Shown here piece by piece: positions 17,761 through 33,732 of a stretch of DNA of 64,000 bases (positions within the stretch are counted from its first letter, which is position 1; each line of letters opens with the position of its first letter). The position numbers and the translations under genes were made by a program. The notes beneath the pieces are model-generated. The model saw nothing but the letters and a program-made list of their open reading frames with translations, had not been told where the DNA came from and searched no databases. This stretch comes from the human T2T-CHM13v2.0 reference genome, Homo sapiens. The stretch is taken from NCBI GenBank assembly GCA_009914755.4, contig CP068257.2, positions 11,488,001 through 11,552,000 of the forward strand. The letters run 5' to 3'.

Positions 17761-20700
17761 AAATTTTCATCCTGTTACTTTCTTTTTGTCTACCATTTCT
17801 TTCAGTACCAGTATGCTGTTGATAAAATCTATCAGCTACTTATTGTCAAAATAGCTTTATTTGCTTTCATTTTTGTAAATTTCTTGATTTTTTTAGAATT
17901 TTCACATGAATGAATTTCCAGGTTGACTTGTTTCTCTTGCTTTAAGTAATAGAATGTTGCGCTACTGTCTTCTGATATACATGCTTATCATAAAAAGTAG
18001 TTATTACATTGGTTCCATTGTCAATAATACATCTCTTTTTCTCCAACTGTTTTTAAGTTTTCTTTTTAGAAACAACTTTCTTCAACTTAATCTTTTTATT
18101 CATTTTGCTTTGATTCCACTGCGCTTCTTTTACCTGTTGGTTTATAGTTTTACCAAGTTTTAAAAATATCTCAACCACTGCCTTTACAAATAGTTTTTGC
18201 CCTCCCCCCATTTCCTGGGATTTCAATTATGTGTGTTGTTAAGCTGCTTAATATTTTCTAATCCCATAATTTCTGTCTTTTCTTGGTCTGTTTCTGTTAA
18301 TTTTTTTTTCTTGTTTTGGATGAATTTTTTTGTTTATATGCATTTCTGTTATTTTTTTAATGTCTAAGGGAAATTCTGAATTCTACATTGTTAGGATCTG
18401 GATTTCGTTTTATTTAAAGAGAGATGAACTTTGTTTTCAAATGCAGTTATCTGAGATCAGTGGTGATATTGTTTACTTTTAAATGTGATTATAATGGCTT
18501 CAGAGCCTTGACTCTAGAGCTGATTCACCCCTCTACTAAGGTGTGATTATTCTGAGAACTCTATCTGATGTTATAAGTTTCTCACTCTGGCTGGAGCACA
18601 TACTGGTTCTTCTAAGGCCCATATGACCTCCAGGAATTTCTCTGGCCCATTGCTAATGAAGACTCATTTTTCTATCTCATGGAGTTTTACTTTATGTAGG
18701 CACAGTTCGGTTCTCACTCAAGGACTCCAGAGAACCTCTACGTAAATCTCCACAGTTCTCTCTCTGTGCAGCCCTCTTCTCTCTGTCAGTCTGCCTTGAT
18801 GATTCTAGTCACCTTGGCCTCCATAAACTTTGATATCTTGCTCTTAAATTCAGCAAATCATGATATTCTCTCTCGGATTGTCTCATACCATGCTGGAGGC
18901 TGGAAATCACTTTCAGTAAGTATGCTGGCACTATAAAGGGTATATATTGTTTTCTTTCTCTGAGAAATCACAGTTTTGTGCTGCCTATTTTTTTCATGCA
19001 ATGAAAACAGTTTATATACTTGTTCTGGATTTCTAAACGTTTACAAAAGTTGCATAATTCTGGTAATCATTAATTCTTCATCAGCAACAGTTGAATTCTC
19101 AGAGACTTGTTTAACTGCCCAGATGACAATTATCCTATTGCTTTATTCTTCAAATCTAGTAAGTGAATCAAAGTCAGTCTTAGTGATGATCAGTATCTCT
19201 ATATTTTTGTCTAAAAAACAGAATGCTATTTTAATCTATAGATTCAAGTGTCATTTTATCTCTTTGAAGTTTTCAACAAGTAATGTTTCCAATGTTAATG
19301 TTCTTTCTTATTCTTCAAAACATCAAGTAGGCAGAGGTTGAGTCTCCATTGTCATGCATCTATATTTACCAACACCATATTAAGGATTTTTATTATGCCT
19401 TTGTCTTTTCATATAATTTACTTTTGTATGGTTTCTTCTAGATATTCACTATTTTTCTGGATGTAATTGCTGATGTATATAGTGCCTATGTATTTCTTAC
19501 ATAATTCCTTAGTTGTTCACTTCAATTTCTAAATGGAGATTAAGTTAACTTCAATTTGTTCTCTGATTACTTTGGTAATTCTACTTGTGATGTAGTTTTA
19601 GTAACTGCATCTTGTTTATGCTTTTTGTTCATTTTCATATTTAGAAAATAGAACACCAGGCATATATATTTTACTGATTTTTTTCTCTCTGCATTCCTCA
19701 TAGAACAGATCCAGTATTAGCTAAGGGATCCTCTGGGGCAGGAGTGGGGTGGCATTGCAGTTTGTATCTTTTTTTAAATCCATGTTTTTGTAATGGAATA
19801 CCATCACACTAATTTTCTTACTCCCTAAGTACTGGATAATTGTTTCTCCTCCTATCAGCATTCACTTTTCTAAAGGTAATGTGGCTCAGATTTAGATTCC
19901 TAGGTTTCTAAATCTTCATTTCTAATCTCTATATTATCACATGCTGGTTAATTCTTTTCTCTTTTGCTCTTTTCCACTTCTGTGAGCTTCATTCTGTTTG
20001 GAACTCAGAGTATATGAAATGAACAGAGTACATCAGCCTGAATTCTCTTACAACTTCAAATTCTTTCCATTTTATGGTTAGACAACACTGAGTTACTCTA
20101 TAGTGACTTTCCTACTTTTATTAATATCATGGTCACATTATTCCATAAAATCTAACAATTTTAAGAAAAATAGTTTTTGAGTTACATCTCCCAGAGTAGC
20201 GGCAATGATATCTGGAAAAAATGACCATCCTGAACATGTACTGATTATACATGTGAAAGCACTCACTCTGATCACTCCTTGTTTTTGTTGAAATATAACA
20301 GTATTTGGAAGGTTTGCTTCTCAGTTTTTGGTTTCGGGCTATAGTTGTTTCTCTGAAGATGCTTATCTTCTTATTTTTTCTTGTTTTCTTTTTGTCCTCA
20401 ATGAAATGAATTTTAATAGAAGAATGAAATGTAAAATATTCAAATTCAGGGTCTTACAGTGTCTATAGTTTTGGGCACTCATTTTAAAACTGAATAACAA
20501 TTTTCAATGCATATGACTCATTCTCTACCCTCCTTTCTTCCATTCTTCTGAATGTGTGACAAAAAAGTATAGATGGTCTGAATGGTAATAAATTAAAAAA
20601 TCATTTCATGATGGTCCTATTCCTGTAATTCTATTTTCCAATTGACCTCCACTTCCTATCTTAACTGCATAAAAGTGAAATAAATCAGTGACTATTTAAT

Positions 20701-21009
20701 TTTAAAAATAAGTGGTCTGAATGATTTTGCTGGGATAAGTAATAAAAAATGTTGAAATCTTTGAGATTTTCAATTTGCTTAAAAAGAAAAAAGTCTCAGG
20801 CTTTGGCAAAGCAAACATGCATTTTGCTAAGTAATATTCCCCCTTAATTTTGAGATTTATTTTGGCTTCATACATTTCTTTCTTATATGAATACCATTAA
20901 AGTAAAAGTTATTTCAGAGTTATCAGGTGGAAGACTTTTATAGATGTATGTGCATGCATATTTTTTTTTTCTTAAAAATATAGTTGTTTTAGTTTGGGCT
21001 GCCAGAGCA

Positions 21010-21370
21010 AAGTACCATAGACTAGGCACTTTGTAAGCTGGATGGGTTTATAAACAACAGAAATTTATTTCTCACAGACCTTGAATTCAGAAATATGAGA
21101 TTAGAGTGCCAGCATGGATGAATTCTTGTGAGGACCCTCTTCTGACTTGCAGACTGCCGTCTTTTCTTTACATCCTCACACAATAGAAAAAGAGCAAGAG
21201 AGTTCTCTGGGGTCTTTTTTATAAGGGTGCTAATCTCATTCACATGGGCTCCAGTCTCATGATGTAATTAGCTCCCAAAGACCCCACCTCCTAGTACCAT
21301 ACATTGTGGGTTAGGATTTTGACATATGAATTTGGGTGGGGGGGAGAAAAACAACCATTTAATCCATTGC
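21010..21370 (+). repeat. Ancient interspersed repeat (family not assigned), copy 1
   Basis: It shares a conserved architecture with 29875-30300: 'aaacaacagaaatttatttctcacag', then a body, then 'ttttataagggtgctaatctcattcacatgggc', then 'ctcccaaagaccccacctcctagtaccatacattgtgggttaggattttgacatatgaatttgggtggggggg'. This motif set is abundant genome-wide, but I cannot name the family from memory. Confidence 0.4.
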
Positions 21371-21505
21371 AATAGTGAAGGTGGAGGAGATACAAAATGA
21401 AATAAGTAAATCTTCCATAAATCTTTCATAAATTATAGTATAAGAAAATATCATGAATGGTTCAAATTTGTGATTTTTATCACTACAAAAGAGATTATGA
21501 GACTG

Positions 21506-21847
21506 TGATATGGTCTGGCTGTGTCCCCACCCAAAGCTCACCTTGAATTGTAATAATCCCAATATGTCAAGGGCAGGGCCAGGTGGAGATAATTGAATCA
21601 TGGGGGCGGTCTCCCCCATACTGTTCTCATGTTAATTAATAAGCCTCTGTTGGTTTCATAATGGGAGTTCTCCTGCACAAACTCTTTTGCCTGCTGCCAT
21701 CTAAGACATGCCTTTGCTCCTCCTTTGCTTTCTGCCATGATTGTGAGGCCTCCCCAGCCATGTGAAACTGTGAGTCCACTAAATCACTTGTTCTTTATAA
21801 ATGACCCAGTCAAGTATGTCTTTATTTGCATGAAAACAGACTAACAC
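21506..21847 (+). mobile_element. MaLR LTR (THE1/MST-like) solo LTR, plus orientation
   Basis: 'tgatatggtctggctgtgtccccacccaaagctcaccttgaattgtaataatcccaatatgtcaagggcagggccaggtggagataattgaatcatgggggcggtctcccccatactgttctcatg...ctgctgccatctaagacatgcctttgctcctcctttgctttctgccatgattgtgaggcctccccagccatgtgaaactgtgagtccactaaatcacttgttctttataaatgacccagtcaagtatgtctttatttgcatgaaaacagactaacaca'. Confidence 0.85.
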
Positions 21848-22083
21848 AGACTGATTCATCCAGCTCAGAAATATTTGAATAGGGCTTCTAAAAAGGGCCT
21901 TGCAAAGTATGTATTATGTGTATTGATGAAGATGGATGGAGTTTTCATGAAAGTTACCTGTAAATACACGGACCAGCCAAGGTGAATAAAGAAAGAAAGA
22001 AAATGAGCAGAGATGGACAGAATAGAAGCCAAACACGACTCATTTATTTACTTCTCTTTAAAGTGCCAAAGCACATATTAAAT

Positions 22084-22367
<284 letters not shown>

Positions 22368-23291
22368 ATAATTAATTTTTATCACAGATTTCACAGATTT
22401 TAAACTCCTCAAGTTACATTTCTCAAGTAGTAAAATCACTTATTTCTGAGTGCATTTAAGATGGACCTTGAGTTTATTTAAAATGCAGATTCCCAGGTCC
22501 TGTTGTATGCCTGTTAAATCAGAATCTCTGGACTTGGAACTAACTGAGAAGTTTGCACTTTAAGCAAAAATCCTGGCGAATTCTACAGACTAAGGCTTTA
22601 AAGCCATTCATCTGACATGTGGAGTACAATCTCTTTAGTTATCTTTAGTGAATATCCTCTATAATATTCACAAAGATTGTAAGTAAATAGTTAAATGTAT
22701 CAATGTTAAGACTTCAACAATTTAAGAAATGTTCCCAAATGCAGCTGGTTTTCTTACAAAATGGGAGGTATAGTTGAGTGTATGTATTGGAAAATAAGGA
22801 CTAAAACTCTCTTTAAGGATAATACCAAAGGTAATTTTCTTAATCCCTACTTTTAAAAATATTACATTGGCTTTGGTCTTCTTGTTGAACGGTTAATAAT
22901 TTGACCGATAAATCTATAAATTCTTGTTAAGAACTTACTATAATCTTAGCTACATAAAGGTGATACAAAAGGAAGGGAACTATATAGTGCCTGAAATTTG
23001 ACCTAAGAGTTATGAAGAGTTTGAGAAAACAAGAGAAAATATGAAAGATTATCATAGAACAGAAGGTAATTGCATGGTATTAATTTTAAATGCTGCCACT
23101 ATGCACAGGCTAAGAAGAACAAAGAAGGTTTTTGTTGTAAAGTCAGGTTTCAGGAAGTGATTTGGCTAAGATGTGGACCTAAAAGCTGGGTAATATCACT
23201 TACAGAAAATACCATTACAGAAAATACCGAAATAGTCACTATCCACAATTTAGAAGAAAAAAACCTAAAGTTATCCTTTGTCCCATGATAA

Positions 23292-23597
<306 letters not shown>

Positions 23598-24668
23598 TAG
23601 ATGATGCTTGGTATTGTTCCTATTTATTTTTAAAACTTGATATTTCTTCAGAGAGTAAACTTTGACTGTTATATTATGACAACATGTCGGGTATCATCAA
23701 TTTGAATTTTGTTAGATTCATTTTTTTTTTTTTAGAATCCCAAGATAAATTGCTCAGTTTTTATGCTTAGTTTAAATTTGAGAGCCTTAATATAACTTGT
23801 ACAATTTAGTTTCACTGTATGTTTTGTTATTATTTGGGAGGTGAGGAGAGTTCATTTGCAGTACAATTTTAGCATATTTTATAATATAGTCAGTCAAAAA
23901 AACGCTTCACATGTATATATTTCTTCTTTATTTTAGACTGTAGGTTATGTATTTTAAAACCAATTGTTAGATGTCCTGTTATACAGATTTACTTCTTCCT
24001 ATTTGGTGATTTTTTGATGCATTAAAAAGAGAAAATTGTATAAACCTAATGACTATTGACAAGTGTTCAGAGAGATAAAAAAGATCTATAATTAGCACAA
24101 TGGAAAGACTTCCAAATCCACACTCTTTTGACGTTTTCTCACCTGAAAAGTATTTATTGCAGTTTTACTGGTTGATTGGTTTTCATTTTCCTTTCAGTTG
24201 TGTTTCTATGCAGAAATTGCATGGAACTGAACAGGAACTGCATTACAATTGAAACTGTTTCTAATATTATTCACTAATGGGCAAATCCATTACTTTAGGT
24301 CCATTTCTTATACAAGGAAATGCAGTTACTCCGAGGACAATTCAGGTAAATAACTACCGCAGCATGGACCCAAGGGTAGCAGTAGAAAGTGGTGCTGCTC
24401 TAAGTTTCTCCTCTAGTGGATGCCAAAAGAAAACATTCTTATCACTGTGTACGTGCTAGGCATAATTGTTTTGGTATGTGTTCAGCACAGGCTTAGACAA
24501 AAGTCTTTCTATGTAAATCCAAACAGTAACTGTTGAATTACTCATTTAAACGTACGTGTTTCACAGCACAAGTTGTTAGTGAAAGGTTTCAACTTCTTAT
24601 TTTAGACATTAAACAGATACCTCAAATGTTTGGGAATTCTTCCTTTACATCTCAGCAATGGAAATATT

Positions 24669-24672
<4 letters not shown>

Positions 24673-24699
<27 letters not shown>
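24673..24699. repeat. Poly(T) homopolymer, 27 nt
   Basis: Seen directly: 'gcttttttttttttttttttttttttttta'. Confidence 0.95.
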
Positions 24700-26377
24700 A
24701 GCTAGCCAAGAGTCCCTGTACAGTGAGCAATCTTTTGGGGTCTTATCTTCTCATCACTGAAGAATTTATATGTGGACACTAAAGTAATATTAAAACCACT
24801 CACTCTTACTGGTAATTTACAGAATACAGTTTTAATTAACAGCAATATCGACAACAATAGCAATGATGAAACCTCTGAGGTGAAAGAGAATGTTAATTTT
24901 AGCAAAGAGTGTCTTGTCATCTGGACAAGGCTTACCAGTTCCTAGCCTCTAGTTTGTATACACTTATGCAATCATTTTGAATATTTACTCCCTGTATGCT
25001 GGTAGAAAAATAAGTGTCAGGACATTACATGTGAAGGAATAATTCAACATTTAAGTTTTTAAGAGTATATTCTTTTCAGATCTTGTTCCCCAAAGTTAAA
25101 CATTGTGGTAGATTGAGACTTTCATTATTAAATATCTTACAGAAAACAAAGGAAATCATAACGTCTTATTTACCATCATTAAGAGAAACCTGAAGGCCAA
25201 TTACTTATTGAGTGGCAGGCAACTCAATTACATTATTGTATAGAATCCTCAGGACTGTATTAAAAAATTATGACAAGGAGTTTACACAGGTCAGCCTATA
25301 AAACTACTGCATAATTTCTATCTGTAAATTAAAATAGAAAAGAAATAAGATTGAAGTAAATATGATAATAGTAAATTTCATGTCTAAGTGTGCTAAACTA
25401 CCTGGCCTTTCCTATTCTTGAATAAAATTATTCTGGTTGCCATAATGCATCCCGAAGCTTACCTAGATGAGGAGAAATTCGAAGTATTCCAATGTCTGCA
25501 CTCATGAATAGATCAAGACTTGGGGGAAACCAGTGATCTCTTGGCAACAGGACCAGAAGGTACGTAATCTCTTGTTTTGATTATATTTCATCTGCTGAAA
25601 AATTGCTTATCTCTCTGAGATTTATCTTAGAGATAACTGAAAGTAATTTTGTGACCTTCACATTGTCCGTATTTAAGTTAGATAATTGAAAATTTAGTGA
25701 GGATCCCAAAACCTCAAGTATGTATGGAGATTAAGATTTCCAACTCTGAAGAAAAACTGTCAGGTTCAAATCTTGGTCCTGTTCACCTCTGATGACTAAC
25801 TCTGTGGTTACAAAACCCTCTTGCCTCCCTTTATCCATCTGAGAAAAAAATTGGTATGACTACATAGTTTGGCAAGTGGGGGCTAACTGAGCTACTAGAC
25901 AACTTACACAGTAAGTCGACACAAAGCACATGCACAATAAGCATAATTAATATTACATTATTTTATTTTGTATGAGGTGGCAACAAATAGTTATCACATG
26001 CTTAATTTTAAATAAGCATTAATAGTGGTAGAAATTAAGGAAATTTATATATTAGAGAAAACTCTTAGAAATATGAAGGCTATCTAGTTATATTTGTTTC
26101 TTATGTATCACATCCTCAATTTTAAATAAAAAGCATTAATAATAGTAGAAATTAAGAAAATACATTTATTAGAGAAGTCTATTAGAAATATCAAGGCCTA
26201 ATCTAATTATATTTGTTAACTGAACTTGAGACATATGAATATTCACATACTTTAAGATATTTTATCACTTATTTGAAGAGGGACTCTGGTCACTATAAGA
26301 ACAACTCGCACATAGCAAAAACTAGTGATTGAATACATTCTAAAGAGTAACATACATTTTGAAAGTGAGCTGTTGTT

Positions 26378-26940
<563 letters not shown>

Positions 26941-26984
26941 TTACCATATATATATTTTTTTGACTAAGTGAGATAAATCACATT

Positions 26985-27045
26985 GAAATGCATGAAATAA
27001 TGTCTGGCATCCAGTAGATGCTCAGTGACATTTGTCCCCTTTAAT
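26985..27045 (+). mobile_element. MIR (ancient tRNA-derived SINE) fragment
   Basis: 'tgtctggcatccagtagatgctcagtgacatttgtcc' resembles the MIR 3' core 'gcctggcacatagtaggcgctcaataaatgtttgt'. It is short and diverged. Confidence 0.4.
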
Positions 27046-28828
27046 GGTTTCAACTGGTTAGGATTTCCCACGAAGAACAGTAGCATTTTGGTATCACTAG
27101 GCTAATGTCCATTTTCTGTATTGGAGAGTAGAGAAACCCCTTGGGTGATAGCTTATTTTACCTACTATGGAATTTTTACAGAACAAAGTTAAGGGTCATC
27201 TGCTGTGTGGATTCCCACTGGTTATGTGAGACGTGGCAGAACATAATGGTGAGAAGAAGGATTCAGGAGCTGAACCATCTGGGTTCTTCAGGCTGTATCA
27301 CCTACTGCCAATGAGAGGTTTAGCCAGTTAGTTACCTTTGTGAGCTTCCTCTGGTGAGGATCAGAAGAGTTAATACATAAGGCACCAATTATAATACTAA
27401 CCCTGGGATGTAAAAAGGCTCAATTATTATTACTGGTTACCATTATTATTAAGAGTGTTAATAATAATTACTACAGCAATCTTTTCTAGACAAGGGAAAG
27501 TGAAGCAACTAATTAACCCTCAATGAAAAAAAGGTTTTTTTCACTGCTAAAGACTATTAACTCTGACATGAGTTTTAGAATAGTTTTGCTTTCTCTCTCT
27601 TTGCCTGTATTTTCTTTATTTTTTATTCTAATGTTTTTGATTTACCCAAGGATTTTGGTGCTAGATTGTGGTTCTGGTAGGCTGATCAAAGTTCATACCA
27701 CAGGCAGTTAATTTTACCCAGATGACTCCTGGTTTCTTTCTTTTTTAAATAAATCATATCCACTGCCGAGGTTGATATGAGGACTTCTCTCCATTGGCAA
27801 GTAGCATTGTAGCCACAATCTCTTATTAAAGCTTGAAACAAAATGGTGATTACTAGTGTTTATGGCCAAATTTTGTTCATGCCTGACCACTGAATTTGTT
27901 TGGATACCAGGAAATTATGGACTGTGTGATTCGAATTAGGATAAGAGATTAAACCCTGGTAGCCATTCTTTAGCAAAGACTGTGCTGTTAAAAAAAATGG
28001 AAAATATCTTTTTAACCAAGTCAGTGAAATTAGCTTAGTCATGAGGATTGCAAGTGAGCTTTCTGTACTTGAGATGTAAACACAGTGCCAAAAAGTTTCA
28101 CCAGGAGACTGGGGAGAGATGCTGATTCTTATTATGTGAGAGATTTGTAATGCTAACTTAATCTTCTGACTAAACCCCTTAATTTCCCATTTTTAACTAT
28201 TCTAGATGCTTGTCTCAGGAAATGGAAGAAATCTCTTCAATAATGTTACCAGAGACATGCCATGTCATTTCTATCTTCTCAATACAACTACTTAGTTTCT
28301 TTTTTCTTTCATTTTTGCATAATTTCCATAGCAACATGTACATGGTGACTACATTACATCAATCAGCACCTCCACTCCTGGTCCCAGTTTTTTCTTTGCT
28401 AATCCTCACTGCTGACTTTTGTTGTGGTGTCATTATCATTTCACAAGGTAACTACTGTCACCTTGGAAATGAAATGCATGGTCAAAGCCCTTTAATACAC
28501 AAAATATGTAAAATCTCCTCTTATGCATATTATACATGAAAGAAGGATAAGACCATCAGTTAGTTGTGTCTCCTCTGTAGAAATAGCCAGAGCATCAGGA
28601 CAGCTGCATCCTCTTTCACAGAAGTAGGAGAGCAGATGCTGAGGCAGGACACAATAGTTCTTCAGCCTGTGTTGCCTCCACTTGCATCCTAGAGCACTTG
28701 TTGAACTCTCTCTTAGGTAAATGGTAATATTTTCTGAAGGCACTAAGAGAATTTTTACCATGAGGGTAAATACCAATTAGCTATTATCTCCTTTTAGTAG
28801 GAGTGTAGCACAAAGAACTTCTGATTGA

Positions 28829-29239
<411 letters not shown>

Positions 29240-29874
29240 TAAGCCTTGCCACTGAAAATTTTCTGTCTTTAAGTCCCACATAACAACTGCAGCCTGTAAC
29301 ATCTTGTTGACTGGCTTGACAGAGGATGGCCAATTTTTGTGTTTAGGCTCAGATGTGCAGTGCTGGGTTCTCAAATTGTGTCCCAGCCTGGGACACTGTG
29401 GCTTTAATGACATCCTCATTATCCATCCTTTATATAAAAAACCTTATATCTGTATGCAAAGCCATGGACTCTTAAGATTTTGAGTGCATCATACATGCTA
29501 CAGGCAGCAGAAGCTATATGAAGGATGTGCTTTCAGGCCAATCCCTGCCTAGTGTAGGCCCAGGTGGTATAATGCCTCATAACAGACCCCATTCCCTGGG
29601 CAAAGACATTGTGAATGGTGGGATCAGTATCCTCCTGTGACATGTGACATCCTCCTGTGACCTACTCACTATGATTTGGATGGCTCCCCTCAAGTTTGGG
29701 CTAGAGTGTCAGTGAGTGGATTAACTCAGGACAATTCCAGTTCTTTCTATGTACCTTCCTTTCATCATGAGGGATATGAAGAAAACATTAGATCATGTTG
29801 GATGCTGTTTGTCTGTTGGTTGGTTGGTTGGTTGGGTTTAACAATAAGAGCACGTATCTAGTCTTCTAGTTTTG

Positions 29875-30300
29875 TAAGGCTGCCATAATAATTTACATCC
29901 AAGCTGGTGACTTAAAACAACAGATATTTATTCTCTCATAGTTGTAGAAACCAGAAATTTGGAATCAAAGTGTCAGAGGACCATGTTCCTTCCAAAAGCC
30001 CTAGGGAAAAATTTTAATTCTTCCTTGCCTCTTCTAGCTTTTGGTGGCCCCAGGCATTCCTTGGCTGATGGCAGCATAACTCCAGTCTCTACTTTTGTCT
30101 TCATATGTCATTATTCCCTATATTTCTTTGTATTCTCCTTTTCTGTCTCTTATAAGGACACTCATTGGTGGATTTCATGCTTATCTCAATCCAGCATGAC
30201 CTCAAATTGAGATGCTAACCTTAATTACATCTACAAAGATTCTTATGCCAAATAAAGTTACATTCTGAGCTTCCAGTTGAACATATCTTTGGAGATCCAC
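29875..30300 (+). repeat. Ancient interspersed repeat (same unassigned family as 21010-21370), copy 2
   Basis: 'cttaaaacaacagatatttattctctcatagttgtagaaaccagaaatttggaatcaaagtgtcagaggaccatgttccttccaaaagc...ctgtctcttataaggacactcattggtggatttcatgcttatctcaatccagcatgacctcaaattgagatgctaaccttaattacatctacaaagattcttatgccaaataaagttacattctgag'. Confidence 0.4.
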
Positions 30301-30728
30301 TGTTGAACCTACTATGCCTAAAAACTCAGGCCTGTCCCAAGGGCAGATTTAAAAAGAAAGAGAAATTCATTTTGCTTTCTGATTTTGAGATTGTTCCTCT
30401 TACCCCTACTCCATTTTCAACACCTGAACTTTATCAAGAAAACTCAAAGACAAAATGTGGCCAAGGTTGGCAATAAATACATTTTTGCCAATAATCTGAT
30501 GGGAAACTTATGTTACTTCTTGTAAATCAAAATAAATTGGATCTGCTGGCAATCTGGTTAACCTGCAATTTAGATTATGACAATGGTGTTCTTATTTTAT
30601 GCATTTTCACATGCTCCAAATCTCCTTCTGTATCTCTTTCTAAAATTTTGCTGAGAGTCCATCCTTTCTGACCAAAGGTTATTTCATTCTCCACTGAAGT
30701 AGTTATTAAAAATATCTTCTGGTAGATA

Positions 30729-31125
30729 AGGAAAAAGTGGCTCATGTATACCACTGGAATTCTACACAGCCATAAAAAAGAACCAAATTAGGTTATTTGC
30801 AGCAAAATGGATGCATATGGAGGCCATTATCCTAAGCAAGATAACATGGAAACAGAACCAAATACTGCATGTTCTCACTTATAAGCAGGAGCTAACTATT
30901 GTGTATTCATGGTCATAATGGTGGAAAGGATAGTCACTGGGGACTACTAGAGGATGGAAAGAGGGTGAGAGGCAAGGGCCAAAAAACTATTTTTTGGATC
31001 TTATGCCCACTACCTCGGTGAAAGATTGATTCATACTCTAAACCTCAACATCACTCAATATACCTTTGCAGCTAACCTGCATGCATACCCCCAATTCTAA
31101 AATAAAAGTTGAAAAAAAAAGCTTA
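30729..31125 (+). mobile_element. 5'-truncated LINE-1 3' end (older L1PA/L1PB-like), plus orientation
   Basis: 'gtggctcatgtataccactggaattctacacagccataaaaaagaaccaaattaggttatttgcagcaaaatggatgcatatggaggccattatcctaagcaagataacatggaaacagaaccaaatactgcatgttctcacttataagcaggagctaactattgtgtattcatggtcataatggtggaaagg...' ending in 'aaataaaagttgaaaaaaaaag'. Confidence 0.85.
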
Positions 31126-33732
31126 GAAAAGAATTGAAGGAAATACAAAAATAAGTTACCACGACCACCTCTTGATGGTGAGTATGGGTAATTTTTGTTG
31201 GTTTATATTGACCCCCTATTTAGCAAAATTCCTGAAATGATCACATTAATGGGAAAATATAGTTTTCAGTTCCTAGAAAGGTTTGCTTGGTTTATGTTTA
31301 AAAACAAATGATTCAACGGCTCTTTTCACAGACTTGATGGTGATTTGGGAGAAAATCCAGAAATTGGTGACCTATTATGAGTTCATAATTAGGCCCATTA
31401 TTTCTGATAAAATATTTCAGTAGCATTAAAATGCTAAGCTGAACTAAGATGTTCATGAAATGTATTCAAATAAACAAACCCAATTTAAAGATGATTGTAT
31501 AAAAATATCTTACTTGATAATATAAATGCAAAATTTGTGAATGTTTATTTATAGTTCCTGTAATTTGGGGAAATTAAAGTCACTTGGGAACAATATTTAC
31601 TTCACTAGCAACCAAAGGAGTACAATTGAAAAATAATGACTTGAAAATAAAATAAAAGTAAAAAAGGACTTCATTTCTTTTCACACAGTCTGAAAGAGTG
31701 AGTGCACAAGCTTTTCTCTGCCCAACTCCTCTTTGTCCACAAGGAATTTTCAGAATTCCTCCGTGTCTGTCTTATAATTTCATTCCTTGCTCATATAAGC
31801 AAGTTGGTTCAGAAACCCTAAGACTGTTATACCGTCAGTTGGGTTAGTTTAAAATAACCCCTATGAGCAGTTCAACACTGAATTGGCAATGCTTTGGAAA
31901 GCAGAGACCCTGTCAGCTAACCAGCCATCCTTTAAAATCAATTCATATTTTCACAGTCCCTGGGGATTGTTTCACAGGGCTAAAATTTCCCTGTTGGAAC
32001 AGGGTTACTTGAAGATAACAGGGACACTTGAAGGTAAGGATGTCAATATTTTGCTGTTTCTGAATGTCATTCATTCAGAGATGGCTTAAGACATTTGTAA
32101 TTCCTTCAAAGATGGCATAAGAAATTTGGATTTTCAAACTTTAGTTTTCTCATCTTAGAGTTTGAGGTAATTTTATTTGTCAGCTGCCAGAAAATAAAAA
32201 GAACACATAAGGTAGCAGACTAATATCTACATTGACCTATTGTAGAGCCAGAAGGACCCATTTATTTAGCAAGAGACTTCTTTACTGTGTCTAGTTCAGG
32301 TTCCCGGAAAGATGGGACAATTTGTAGTAACACTCATTCCTTCTGCTAAGGGTCATAAGATAGGTTTAGACATATGGTCCCATTTTGATGATGTTTTAAA
32401 CTTTGTTTATTTTACATACCCTGTGATAGAGCCAATCAATGTAGGGGCCTAAACGTCGGTATAGCCTGTAATTTTGACAGATGCCCAGATTGTGGTATTG
32501 ACAAATAGGACAGATGTCCCGAGGGGCATATGTGTAGAAATAGATGACATTTCACAGAGAATTTACTAATTCAATATAATGCTGAAACAACATGTGGTAG
32601 TAGTTGAACCCATATATAGAATACATTTGGGGAAATATTTCTCACATATTTGACGTGGTGCCCAGAACTATATGATGTGAAGAGTAATTGTGTGTTTTGT
32701 ATGGGAACACATTAGTAAAACCTCATGCAAATCAAAATCAATCCAGATGAAAAATAATTAATAACGGTGTTTACAAACTCAAATAATACCTGCACAAGGC
32801 AATGGCATAAACAAAGTTTACAATGCCTCCAGATGGCAATATTTGAAAGATGATTTCGAGTTTTACACACAAATTGAGAATTTATTCATATAACATATGG
32901 AGCTAACTAAAATCCATATAATTCAAATTAGCTTACATTGTAACTAAATGGAATGGAAAAGGAGTTCCTGTTCATTTTACCACTTTCAGAATAGAAAATT
33001 CTGGATCTGGTGAAAATTGATCATTTTCCTTTTGTTTTAATTCAAGGTATAGACTCGTGTCTAAAGACATGGTTAACTGTTTAAGGAGAATAGAGGATGA
33101 AGAAGGGTTAAATGACAAGCAAGTTTTAAAAGTCTGATATCAACTAATTTTTAGGCAAGGAAGATTTAAAAATTTCACTGTGATTTGAGTGAGAGGCCCC
33201 TTACTTTTTATATCACATTGTAAGTTTAAAGAAGAAGAGAATAAAAACATCATGGCTAAATCACCTGAAATGACTTCAAATTTTCTACAAATGATAAACA
33301 TATCCAATGTGATAATTATAATTCAAGGCCCATTTTAATCTGACCCTAAATTTTCTTTCCCATTCTAATAATCAATAAGCTAATCAATAAGCTCATAACA
33401 TCCTACAGATTCTGCACACACACATGCACACACACACAGAGAAACACAGTCACTTCTTCAAACACATTGTTTTTTCATTTTTCTTTGCCTTTCATCTATT
33501 TATTTATTAGAGTGCCCACCTCCAAGGTAAGAGGGTTATTGAGATAATTTTATAAATGTCACGGGGCTTGCCCTCATAAAGTCTATATTACAGAAAGGAA
33601 GTTGAGAAGAAACAACCAATGGTTCAATTACTTATTAAAATTAGTTTGGATCATTATCTCTCCATCCACTGTTAATCTACTTATAATCTTCTTTGCTCTT
33701 TACCATGTTTAATGAACTCTTAGACTTTTAAC

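Noticed and set aside
24277-24459. 60-aa plus-strand ORF with an internal 'cag|gtaaat' donor-like site
   Set aside because: It is short, has no homology that I recognise, and sits in an AT-rich unique region. It is indistinguishable from a random ORF.
25440-25570. Candidate exon: CpG-containing unique stretch ending in a good 5' splice-site match 'ccagaag|gtacgtaat'
   Set aside because: All three forward frames contain stop codons within ~60 bp upstream of the GT. There is no upstream acceptor or polypyrimidine tract, and no ORF continuity. I cannot support it as coding. A non-coding exon cannot be excluded without transcript data.
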